Source: Eledone cirrhosa (Eukaryota). From it: a stretch of DNA of 64,000 nucleotides. The DNA is taken from positions 79,174,001-79,238,000 of the forward strand of contig OZ024747.1 in assembly GCA_964016885.1 (NCBI GenBank). Reading direction: 5' to 3'. The notes under the pieces are model-generated. The model was not told the origin of the DNA and searched no databases. It saw only the letters and a program-made list of their open reading frames with translations. The position numbers and the translations under genes were made by a program. Positions 26,201 through 64,000 of the stretch are shown piece after piece. Position 1 is the stretch's first letter; each line of letters begins with the position of its first letter.

Positions 26201-29200
26201 TTGAAGATGATTCACAAATTATACCATTTATTTTACATTCATTTTAAGATTAGATTGACACATGCAAATTAACTCTTTAATATCCTATAATGATTGAGCA
26301 GAAAATATGTTATTGCAGTTTCAGCTTCACCATGAAATACTCATGCCCAAACCATCTTCTTCAGTCAATGACAGTTCAATTGGCGGCAAGTTGTACTGAA
26401 CAATGTCCTGATTTATATTAGCTTGTGTACTTCAATTAAGAAATATATCATTACAGAACTAATGAGGAAGATGTCAAAACATGTTTAATTAATTAGAACT
26501 AAATGAATCATGTCTAGCAAAAGGAATCAATCAATAGAAATAATTGTTTCTATTTTTGGCACAATTACCCAGTACATTACTGGTACTTTATTTTATCGAC
26601 TCCGTAAGGATGAAAGGCAAAGTTAACCTCGGCGGGATTTGAACTCAGATCATAAGGGGACGTAACTCTATGCTTCAAAGCATGGTGTCCAACTCTCTAC
26701 CGATACTGCCAGAGGACCTGTTGTCATCAATAATGATGGCAACAGCATTGAACGAATTTAATTGTTGGAGTCCAGGATTACTGAAGAGAGAAATACCTAG
26801 GATCCATTTTGACCAAGGATGGCAGATCACTAAAGAAGAAACATCATATAGAGAAGCAGCTCCATTAGTTTTCCAGATGTTTAAATAGGCAGTTTGGTAC
26901 CAGAAGCGTTAAAACAAAATTGGATACTGAAAAACTAATTTCTCGATATGATCTGAGAATTGATTGATGAATTTGATGACTGAATGAATAAGTTACCACT
27001 TTGCTACGTGTTTCTAAATGGAATCTTTGAGATGCTGGTGACACAAATCATCAATGCTAATGAAAGAATTGCATACAGAAATTAGGAGATGGAGCATCAG
27101 GGAGGTGAACATCAATGCTAATGAAAGAATTGCAACATAGAAATTAGGAGATATCATGGAGGTAAAAGGTGGTTAGACTAAATTTGTTCTAAGGAAAACA
27201 TGTTAGATGACTTAAAGGAACAGTATTACACTGGACCTTTTATATAAAATTTCTGAAGTTTGCAATTTATGGCTGATCCGAGCCATCAATTTTGATATCA
27301 AAAGGAGTTGGGTATTTCACCATGTGCTGAAAAATGATGAATTTGAGCTTTATGTTTGTCATGACGCGTATTTCCCACATAAGAATAAAAGAAACAGGTG
27401 TTTGTTACAAAGCCCAAGTATGATCTATATTAGCTAAGGATTCTGGGAATAGGAGTTTCACTGGCTTGGATATTCAGGGGAATATTCGTTATCCGTTAAC
27501 CACCAGACAGGAAACGTTAAAGAAATCCAGCGGACTATCCTTGAGAGAAATCTATGATGTATGAAGTAGACCAGTAGCAAAAGCCAAACCCTCGTTGCTA
27601 ACTGCAACATTCACAAGTTTACTATTAATGGCTGTTGGTTACATTTGATATCAACGAGATGACTTAACCCATTTAATAATAGACGTCGTTTGATACAAAC
27701 TTTGCTTTATGTGTTTATATTATAAAACATTCCATTATAATTTTCTGTAAGAACCTTTGTTAAGTTATGTCCCAAACACCAGCTTAATCACGAGAAAGTT
27801 AAATCCCTCCAAATTCTTGATTATTTTCAAATTGATTTGAAAATTATAGTGTTTTTTTATAGAAATATACTAATGAAATTATAGTGTCTTTCATTAGAAA
27901 TATACTAATGAAATAATTAAATGCAATAGATTTAGCCGTACATATTGTAAAACTGGCGGAAATGATGCATTAACCAGACTAAATATAATAATCCTATAAA
28001 ATACACTGGGATGGGAACCCCGGGCTTTACAATCTAACACAGAATTATTTAAAAGCAATAGACAGTTTGATTAATTTTAAACTTTGCGCTTGCAATAACC
28101 AATAAAATTGAGTACAATCTATGATACGCATTCTTGGTGATTGTGCCAAGATTTAGGATTATAAACATGAGGGTCACGGTAGGAAAGCTGTAGATGTGCT
28201 GACATTTCTTTGCGCATGACAATTTTTTTAGAGCACCCACAGAAACCTAATTGAATCAGACTGGCTACTATTTGTTTTGACAATTTTCTTTCAAAACTTA
28301 AAGTCCAGAATACTCAATACATACATGACACACATCAAATTACTTATTTTTACAGAGTAGACGGGTTTCCGTCTTCTTTTTGTCTGCTTCCTTGTTTCTC
28401 CGTCCTATCAAATATATAATGCTTATTAATCTAACATTGCTTTGACCAGCACAACTGCAACTACTACAAATGATTATCTTTAATACCAATAAAATTAATT
28501 TGAACACATACAAGATCCCTAATAGTTCAGGTCAAAAGACGTGTTCATTATGTGTGAGCACCATAGGCCAATCGTGGTAGCAATCTGTATTTACGTTACA
28601 ACATAGAAACTTCCTACCACCATCGTTTAATGTACACACACCCGATACTATAAGTACTAAATAAAATAAAACAGTAAAACTCACACAACACCCGATAAAA
28701 TAAGCCAAATATACAATGTAGCTTTAAGAAAAATGTGCTGATTTTATTTTTAAGACAACATACCAAAATATGACGGATGTCGGGTATTAACCAGACCAAA
28801 CCTATATAGAATAGTATTTTTGATAATATATCAATCCTCTCAAATATATAATATATAGCAAATAAATAGCTTTACTAAGTAAAGTGATTTTTTTTTAGTT
28901 CCGTTGTGGGTTTGACAGCTTTTTCATGGAAACATTAATAGCCATTAACGAACACAACACTGAATTCTTTTGATAATTAAATATTATTTATTAGTCACAA
29001 TAAAAATATATCCTAGTAATGATTTATTGCCAAATATTATTAGTTTCATTAGACATCCATCTAAAAATAATGAAGGACCCAATTTTATAGAATAGATAAA
29101 AGAAAAAAAGCATAAATAGGCTAATATATTATCCGCATGACTACCCAAACAATTTTTTTTAAATCCAAAATATCCACTGACCAGTCGGTCCAGGCAAGTT

Positions 29201-29976
29201 TAGTAGTACGACCATCCACAATAAAAACGACATCCCATGATATACACAATATATACACGCGTGCGCGCGCACAAATATATACGAGGAAAAAACATTTGTC
29301 AAGGATCGTGTGTGTATATAAATATATATATACACACATGAATTTATTTTTATACAAAATACTGTCCACATGATCGAGAGTGGGTTTAAATAAATATATA
29401 AATGTAGTAATGTGTGTAATATGCGAGAGGAAGTATTAGTATATAAATGTCTGTAGTAGTTTACAAAACACATGTTAAGAGCTTCCTAGTATTTCTAAAT
29501 AAAACTCCCGCGCAGATATACGATTATAAAAATGTCTTTTAATTCGTAATATAATAAAATAGAAGTTCAATAATGATCGATATAAATTCATTAATATCAA
29601 GAAGAGTGACCAAAAAGTATGTAAACAATTCACGCTACTTGAATCTGTATAAATATATACACACAGAAAGTATATTTTCTGGTTAGAAACTGGAGGATCG
29701 GTTTTAAATAAATAAAACATTTGTAATTGCTCCCTCACTTTATGCACTAAGCACAACATTACAACGCCATATTGTTATAATGAACGACCACGCATTGCTT
29801 TTTAAATATTTCGAGAATATAAAACAATCTAACGTACAACACAAGAAATTATACACGGCCGTTTGATTGCGCGATATTAAACAATATAAATGAATGCAAG
29901 AAGAAAAATAAAGCAACTAAATAAGCAACAATAATTAAGAAAAAATTTACAAACCTTCTCTAGTAAATCCTTCCAT
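3386..29976 (-). CDS. SF3B1: Splicing factor 3B subunit 1 gene span (exons 1-17, 3'-truncated by window edge)
   Basis: 17 GT-AG exons join in frame (3242 nt). Translation shows RWDETP/ULM motifs, the p14-binding region and HEAT repeats ([22 protein letters not shown]). No stop codon within the window. Confidence 0.97.
4170..4352 (-). CDS. SF3B1: SF3B1 exon 16
   Basis: [15 protein letters not shown]...KTCQE. Confidence 0.96.
4851..5072 (-). CDS. SF3B1: SF3B1 exon 15
   Basis: [13 protein letters not shown]...FQEQTTE. Confidence 0.96.
5943..6068 (-). CDS. SF3B1: SF3B1 exon 14
   Basis: [12 protein letters not shown]...RRNYRQ. Confidence 0.96.
6681..6827 (-). CDS. SF3B1: SF3B1 exon 13
   Basis: [17 protein letters not shown]...KKIVLK. 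Confidence 0.96.
7453..7598 (-). CDS. SF3B1: SF3B1 exon 12
   Basis: [15 protein letters not shown]...KGIRQHRGK; carries the residue equivalent to human K700. Confidence 0.96.
7899..8169 (-). CDS. SF3B1: SF3B1 exon 11
   Basis: [16 protein letters not shown]...[10 protein letters not shown]...IEH. Confidence 0.96.
8540..8875 (+). mobile_element. tRNA-derived SINE
   Basis: A box TGGCTTAGTGG, B box GAGTTCAATTCT, (TGA)n tail; near-identical to the copy at 52921. Confidence 0.85.
8930..9196 (-). CDS. SF3B1: SF3B1 exon 10
   Basis: [11 protein letters not shown]...REIISNLAK. Confidence 0.96.
9785..9886 (-). CDS. SF3B1: SF3B1 exon 9
   Basis: [34 protein letters not shown]. Confidence 0.95.
11076..11276 (-). 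CDS. SF3B1: SF3B1 exon 8
   Basis: [24 protein letters not shown]...QYFDKLL. Confidence 0.95.
11838..12035 (+). mobile_element. MITE family A (right end eroded)
   Basis: Similar to the 51267 copy. Confidence 0.75.
12068..12528 (-). CDS. SF3B1: SF3B1 exon 7
   Basis: [15 protein letters not shown]...[20 protein letters not shown]. Confidence 0.95.
13626..14085 (-). CDS. SF3B1: SF3B1 exon 6
   Basis: KRRRWDQ and RWDETP ULM motifs, poly-Ala tract; cag/gtaatt. Confidence 0.93.
14413..14492 (-). CDS. SF3B1: SF3B1 exon 5
   Basis: [26 protein letters not shown]; cag/gtgagt. Confidence 0.94.
17235..17468 (-). other. Candidate poison / alternative last exon in SF3B1 intron 4
   Basis: TACTAAT branch site, TCTTTCCTTTCTAG acceptor, GC-richer unique sequence with a hairpin, in-frame stop and AATAAA. 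Confidence 0.5.
19564..19653. repeat. (TA)n microsatellite
   Basis: Directly visible in the sequence. Confidence 0.9.
20881..20998 (-). CDS. SF3B1: SF3B1 exon 4
   Basis: [39 protein letters not shown]; cag/gttagt. Confidence 0.95.
21150..21517 (+). mobile_element. RTE-like LINE 3' fragment
   Basis: [11 protein letters not shown]...[14 protein letters not shown] with a (GAA)n tail; homologous to the 61186 fragment. Confidence 0.75.
21806..21889 (-). CDS. SF3B1: SF3B1 exon 3
   Basis: [28 protein letters not shown]; tag/gtaagc; phase 0-0. Confidence 0.88.
23383..24278 (-). mobile_element. Non-autonomous Helitron with internal ~93-bp tandem repeats
   Basis: On the minus strand: 5' A|TCTATAAAG, subterminal hairpin CCCGAGCAACGCCGGG, 3' CTAG|T. 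Repeat units start at 23671, 23764, 23855 and 23953. Confidence 0.78.
24584..24756 (-). CDS. SF3B1: SF3B1 exon 2
   Basis: [13 protein letters not shown]...FDTDIYG...GYVTSIA; cag/gtaagt boundaries. Confidence 0.93.
26540..26712 (-). mobile_element. Second SINE family, antisense copy
   Basis: Highly similar to 49660..49843. Confidence 0.72.
29955..29976 (-). CDS. SF3B1: SF3B1 exon 1 (MEGFTRE)
   Basis: AAAATGG start context and G|gtttgt donor; phase matches exon 2. Confidence 0.8.
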
Positions 29977-31429
29977 TTTGTTATTTTCAGTCCGCTTCGC
30001 TGTAGTTCAAGGAAATATAAAAGTAGTATTCAACTGCCGCACTTGCGTACACACAAATCGATCTCCACACGAATAATATTATATTTTGTAATAATAATGA
30101 TAATTTTTATATATATATATATATATATTTACATATTATATATATTATTATATATACATATATATTATTATGTATATATTATATGTATATATTGTTATGG
30201 ATATGTTATTATGTATATATTGTTATAAATAATAGTACTTTATTCAATATTAAATATATATTTTTGTGCTACTTTTTATAAACCTTTTGAATTTCTTAAA
30301 CCGTGCTGCATATAATTAACGAGATATTCCCAATTGATTTATTTAATGAAAACTAACCATAGAAACGACGCCTCTAGCTTTTATTTCCTCTCTTCGTTGT
30401 CAACTATATATTCCTCCTTTGTTTTTAATGTTTATATCTACTGCTGCTTTTCTATAATTTTGTACTCGTGTCAGATATGTTAGGACTTGATTTATAGAGC
30501 AGTATCGATCTGATAACGTAATGCCTATCAACATAAAACGAAAGAAAACTAATTTAGCCTTTGTCGGAATTAAACAGATTTGACATTGCAACATATTAAA
30601 TTTGTTTAATTTGCTGAAAACCGATTGAGATAAAAATTATTTACTGTTTTATTGTTATTTGTATTAAGGGACGACATTGAGATTAAATATAACTAGGAAC
30701 GTGACAAGTCGAGTGAGTAAATAAATAAAACACAGCCCAAATAAACACACAAGCGCACTATTATATCAGGTGTATTTCAAGGCTCTCTCATCTCTTTAAC
30801 TACATATAGCTTCCTCCCTCTCTTTCTTTTGTTGCTTAATTTTTTTTCTTCCTTTCCTTTCTTTTTTGTTTTCTTATTGTTATGTATATTGTAAAGTTTT
30901 TATCACATTTTTCATCTAGTTTAATTGAAATAAAGCTTCAGTGTTCATTGACGCAACCTAGTTGCATTTCAATACACAACATATATTCGTCCGCAAGGAT
31001 ATGTTTGTTGTTTTTTAATCGGTTAATCAAAATGTAATGTCGTTATACTAATATTGCTAGCATGCATATTAGATACCAATTAAAAAAAGAACACTTTAAA
31101 GTGGCCACCAGTTCAATAACAAAAATTGGTTGTTTAGTTCAAATGAGTGAAGTTTATCAACATTGTATAAAGCGTGGGATGCGAACTACAGTTTTTTTAA
31201 TTTTTATTATAGCTTTTATTATCTCTATTATAGAAGAGCACCAGTCACTGTAGACAGCTTGTGTTCCCCGTGGAGATTCGACAGTTTAATTAGAAACAGC
31301 CACTAAGCATTAAAGATCAATATGGCATTTTAATTTATATATATATATATATATGTATGTGTATATACATATATATACACATACACAACAGTTTAATTAG
31401 AAACAGCCACCAAATATCAAATACCCACA

Positions 31430-32190
31430 ACTGGTGCCGCCAGTCGTTGAGAGTGCCATTGGTCTCTATACTCCATTATGCATAGAAGGTTCGCAGTGTT
31501 ATGATCTATCCAGTCCTTGGTGTTGGCAGACCAGGATTTTCTTTGTCTGCCTCTTCTTAGCATTCTCTCAACTGTGTCCTGAAGGAAGGATTAGACCAAG
31601 GGTCATGATAGGTTATGTGACTGTTCAGGCAAGCTTCCATCTTGTTAACACTACAAGGAATGTTTCTTATCTGCCAGCATATTTGTTGAGTTGTTGCCTG
31701 ACAAAACTGATTGTGTTGTGCTCTGTGTATGTGATGTGTAACAGCCTTCTGAAGCAGTTGTGCTTGAACTTCTAGATTTTTTGTTCCATGTCAGCTGTAA
31801 GAGTCCAACTCTCACACACATACCGAAGGATCAAAGTAACCAGGGACTTGTATTAATTTAGCCTCATTGGAAAACTAATGGAGTTGCTTCTCTATATGAT
31901 GTTTCTCCTTTAGTGATTTGCCATCCTTGGTCAAAGTGGATTCTTGGTACTTCAAGTTATTCTCTTTTCAGTATGGTGTTGGTTGCTGTATTCTGGTTAT
32001 GACTATTAACCAAAATCTTGCACTTTTCTAAGCTGATCTCCATTCCATATGCTCCTGACACTTTATCTAGTCAGATCATGAGTTTCTGGATTTCTGCTTC
32101 ACTGCTTCTGAACAGGTCAACATCATCTGGTTGGAAATGCGTCATTCTTCAATGAAAATGTGGATGTCTTGATGCAACACATCTAACTAG
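31430..32190 (-). mobile_element. Degenerate LINE (RT C-terminal region) in the intergenic spacer
   Basis: Broken minus-strand frames with RTE-like motifs (ADDVDL-like, YVCESWTL). Confidence 0.6.
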
Positions 32191-33512
32191 CTCACAGTAG
32201 TGGGATTGTGTGAGGTCCATATACTTAGGTGGACAGAGATCTGGACACTTAGTATATATTCAGCAGTCTGCTCTGGTGAGCCACTCTGGCAGCCTTCCAC
32301 AAACAACTTTGCCTGGACCTGTGCCTCAGAAGCAAATTTTCTAGGTGCAAATTCCATGGTCATACATGACTGAAGGGGTCTTGACTCTTGCCCTTTACTT
32401 TTTAAATCATATTTATTAAATAAAGTGTATTTATATGATATCATATCAGATCTATTACAAAAATTACTGTAAATAAATTGGGGCAAGCATCTTGTAAAGC
32501 TGACTTGTGGACTTATAAAAAATTGATTATGTAAAAACAAGCTTGAGTAGAGAGACTGAGCAGAGGTTGTCAGAACTGATATCAAAACACTGAACATTTC
32601 AGAGGAGATAATGAAGGAATGCTATGAGTAAAAGGAAGCTGGGCTGAAAAAGACACTGAGAAGCAGACATAAAATGATGATAATGATAACTTTTATTAAA
32701 CAAAAAAATGACAAAAGCATCTCAATATATTCTCCTGCCATTGCATTACTGGTACTTTATTTTATAGACCCCAAAAGGATGAAAGGCAAAATTAACCTTT
32801 AAATCCTGCCGAGGTTAACTTTGCCTGTCATCCTTGCTTTGGAGAGGGAAGTGATAAAGTACCAGTCAAGTATTGGGGTTGAATTAATCAACTTTGCCCT
32901 TCCCCCAAATTTACAGGACTTAGGCCTAAATTATTAATCCTTATTTAAGGAGTTGAAGCAAAATCTTACTAAAGATTTAGCTATTTTGTAAAACGATTCC
33001 ATTTTTGTTGAGATTAAACTCTAACCTGTAAAGGATATATCCAAATATTCTGACATATGAAGCGATTCTTATGGAAAGAGTGTCTAGCTAGTCGAGCACC
33101 TTAACCTCGCTATCACCCTCTGGATGTTTTGGCTTTGTCTAAAAAGTTTCTAGATAGAAACACCAATATTCTTTGTTTTACTTCCTTTCTGATCCTGCTA
33201 ACTTCAAACATTATAAAATCTAATTGGAATAAAATATTCTTACATTTTTATTACCACCTATTGATATCATTCATTTTATTACACACACAAACAAAAATTA
33301 TATATATATAGATAGAACTAAATTAATTATTCTAAAATTTTAATTCACGAAAAATATTATTAATTAAATAATTCTATTATTTTGTCTCACGAATAGAACT
33401 AATATAATGGATTAATTTCCAAAAGCAATGTATGTTTACTTGGAGTAGATTGAGTTAAGAAAGTAGCCTCGTTTTCAGAATAATTAACTTCTGTAACGCA
33501 CATGCATCGAAA

Positions 33513-61153
<27,641 letters not shown>

Positions 61154-61185
61154 TATCTTTGTAACATAGCACACTCTGTACATAC

Positions 61186-61590
61186 TCTTCTTCTTCTCTT
61201 CATATACCCACTTATTCCTGGAAGGGTCATCAGAGCAGTCCTCAGACACACTTCCCAGAGGGTTCTGTTGAAAACAACCATCTCCAAGTGAGAACAATTG
61301 AGCTTATAGATGTTATCCAACCATCTTGTTCATGGTCTTACCTCTTGGTCTTTTGCTGGTTGGCTTTTCCTGTAAAATCTGACCTGTGATTATTTCCTTA
61401 AACATTCAAACCACATGCCTGTATTACCGGAACTGTGATCTCTTGATGCGGAGAAGTAGCGGTTCTACGTGAAGAAACTTCTTGATCTCTGAGCTACACA
61501 TCCTGTCAAGTAATATTACTTCAGAGACACTTTGGCAGAACCTCATTTCAGCCACTTATATTTGTGATCACATTCTTTTGGTCATTACTA
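61186..61590 (-). mobile_element. RTE-like LINE 3' fragment, antisense, just after the POLR1B stop
   Basis: Reverse complement resembles 21150..21517. Confidence 0.72.
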
Positions 61591-61607
61591 TGTTGATAGC
61601 TGTTTCT

Positions 61608-61794
61608 TTAACCCTTTAGCCTTTACATTACTCTGTATGTAATATTATATTTTCGCAGTCTGTGAAATTTTAATTTTATTTATTTTGAAAACAATACCTT
61701 AACATCAGTATGAGTGGCCAATTACAGCCGGTTTGAACAGAAAGAGGTGATAGAATTCTGGCTGGATATGGCCGGTTTAAATGCTAAAGGATTA
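61608..61794 (-). mobile_element. MITE family A downstream of the POLR1B stop (probable 3' UTR)
   Basis: TIRs and body match; has an internal deletion. Confidence 0.75.
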
Positions 61795-62362
61795 CGGCAA
61801 TATGCTGTTGGTAAAAATCACAGAAGGTTTTTTTTTATTATCCTATATATTCATATCAGTTATTTGAAAGCAGCTGTTTGTCAGATTATTGTAAAAAGGA
61901 AAAACTGCTATCAAATGTCTATTGTTTATTTTATCAGCAGCTTGTAATAAACATATTTTTATATATAATTTTAATCTTTTTTTATTTGTTTACAAGAGCA
62001 GTAAGTATATTTTGTTAATAAGAAAGTGAAATCTTCTAAGATTCCTCATACTATTTATGCTCATAAGTCACACTTCTATTTTACATACATTTACACTGTG
62101 CCATATATTTTGAATTGAGGTTTTGTAGGTTCAGTAGTTAAGTCTTGTGCTGGTATTTGTTGCATCTTTGTAGAAAAAGTACAACTTATACAGGTGTATA
62201 TATGGTAATCTTATATGACTTGTATTACAAATAACATGCTGCAACCATTTCTGGTAAGAGTGGTGTAAAGATGGAGATAAAAACTAAACAGATACAATAT
62301 ATTTCTTAAGTTACTTTATTTGGCTCAAAGACAATCAGTGAAAAGAAGTGTTTTTGCTTATT

Positions 62363-62736
62363 TTAAAACTTTAAAGAATCTGGCTGGTCAATACGATGAG
62401 TGTACTGTAACCCAGTGCAGAAAACATTCTGATACATAGGGATTTTCCTATCAATTGCTTCTGTAAAGCTTGTTTTACCTGAAATAATATTTGGAATGTA
62501 ACCATAATTGGGTACATCACAGGGTCTTATCTTATAATTTGAAGACACGTCTTTATGTCGCTTGTAAAGTTGTTCATCTAATACCTCATGATAGTTCTTG
62601 TAGTAACGTCTACATAGCATCGGTGTCATGTGAAATATATCTGATGATTCAGAGTACAAGAGTTCACGTTTGTAGCCATTCAATAACAGTTTGGGATATC
62701 CACTAGGAAGTATGCCAATATTTCTATAACGAAAAC
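62363..62736 (-). CDS. Terminal coding exon of uncharacterised gene
   Basis: tttttttag acceptor, 123 full codons open to TAA, and AATAAA at 62320..62315 on the minus strand. Confidence 0.75.
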
Positions 62737-62781
62737 CTAAAAAAATAAAGTAATAATGTTCTTGTAAAAATATGTCAATAA

Positions 62782-63219
62782 TTAACCCTTTAACATTTAC
62801 ATTACTCTATATTTACTATTGTATTTTCACAGTAAAGGCTTTACCTTACATAATATCTCACATAACATTTACATTACTCTATATTTACTATTGTATTTTC
62901 ACAGTAAAGGCTTTACCTCACATAATATCTCACATAACATTTACATTACTCTATATATACTATTGTATTTTCAGAGTAAAGGCTCTCACATAATATCTCA
63001 CATAACATTTACATTACTCTATATATACTATTGTATTTTCACAGTAAAGGCTACTCACATAATTATCTTACATAATACTGAATCTGTGAGATTTTGATAT
63101 TATTTATTTTCATAACAATACCTTAACATCAGTATGAATGGCCGGTTACAGCTGGTTTGAACAGAAAGAAGTGAGAGAATTCTGGGCAGATTTGGCCAGT
63201 TTAAATGCTAAAGGTTTAA
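62782..63219 (-). mobile_element. MITE family A with internal 4x ~72-bp amplification
   Basis: Both TIRs present; repeat units start at 62791, 62863, 62935 and 63003. Confidence 0.85.
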
Positions 63220-63850
63220 TTTATTTGATTAACTTATAAACATAATATACCACATGAAACTGTATTAGCAAGATATTCTTGAAAAATACAAAACAATATT
63301 TTAATACTGCAAATTTTCTCAATGTTCTGTTCACTGGTAAAGATACTATAAACAGTTGAATTTCAAAGTTAAACATTTGAGGGGCTTTAATACACATCTT
63401 TGCTGAATATATTTAATAACTATATCAAGCACAATCTGTTTGTTTTTCAGAATATTTCAACTTAGGGTTGGAACTTAGAATGTAAATGGTCATAACTCTA
63501 TGCCACAAAGCATGTTACTGATAATGATAATCCAATAGTTTCTAATTTAGGCACAAGGCCAGCAATTTAAGGGTATTTCAGCTCCAAGTGTAAAGAACCA
63601 AAACAAATACTACAAAGCATTTTGTCTGACACTAATGATTCTACCAATCAATCACCCTCTAATAGGTCTTTCTAGTATAGGCACAAGACAAGCAATGTTT
63701 GGGGAGGGGATAGTTGATTATATTGACCCTAATACTGGTAAGAAACTCTCAGGAGAGCTGGATAGCAGAAGGTCTTCATAGAAGGTGGAAGAAGAATAGC
63801 ACACATGACACTTGATTAGAAATATGGTAATGACTGGTTTAAAAGCTTAC

Positions 63851-64000
63851 ATGATGGCGTATCTCTTGACCGAACAAAGTCTACATATTCATCTTCAGAT
63901 TGGATGTCCATATTGTCTCTCTTGATCAAACTAGGTAAGGTCCTGTGCTTATTGTATGCAACCCATCGTTGTTCACTTGGTATATAGTATGCAGGACCTT
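63851..64000 (-). CDS. Penultimate exon of the same uncharacterised gene (5'-truncated)
   Basis: Open frame GPAYYIPSEQRWVAYNKHRTLP...DFVRSRDTPS with a T|gtaagc donor; phase 1 joins the 62736 exon in frame. Confidence 0.7.

Overview
AT-rich, intron-rich animal genomic DNA; the repeat landscape suggests a mollusc or coleoid cephalopod such as Octopus, which is an inference only. Three protein-coding genes were reconstructed by hand from GT-AG exons. (1) SF3B1 lies on the minus strand, with ATG at 29976 and 17 exons down to 3386 (about 1080 codons); it continues past the left edge. (2) A complete POLR1B/RPA2 lies on the plus strand (33513..61153, 31 coding exons, 1127 aa), head-to-head with SF3B1 across about 3.5 kb. 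(3) The last two exons of an unidentified minus-strand gene converge on POLR1B. Introns are full of tRNA-derived SINEs, TTAA-flanked piggyBac-like MITEs, LINE remnants, a non-autonomous Helitron, a ~575-bp tandem array and microsatellites. The best lead is a structured cryptic exon in SF3B1 intron 4, with a strong branch point, a hairpin-masked donor, a premature stop and AATAAA; it looks like a poison or alternative last exon. Other leads are a 12-copy TP-pentapeptide expansion in SF3B1, a partial exon duplication in POLR1B and inverted repeat pairs in the pre-mRNA. Most entries in the supplied ORF track are spurious.
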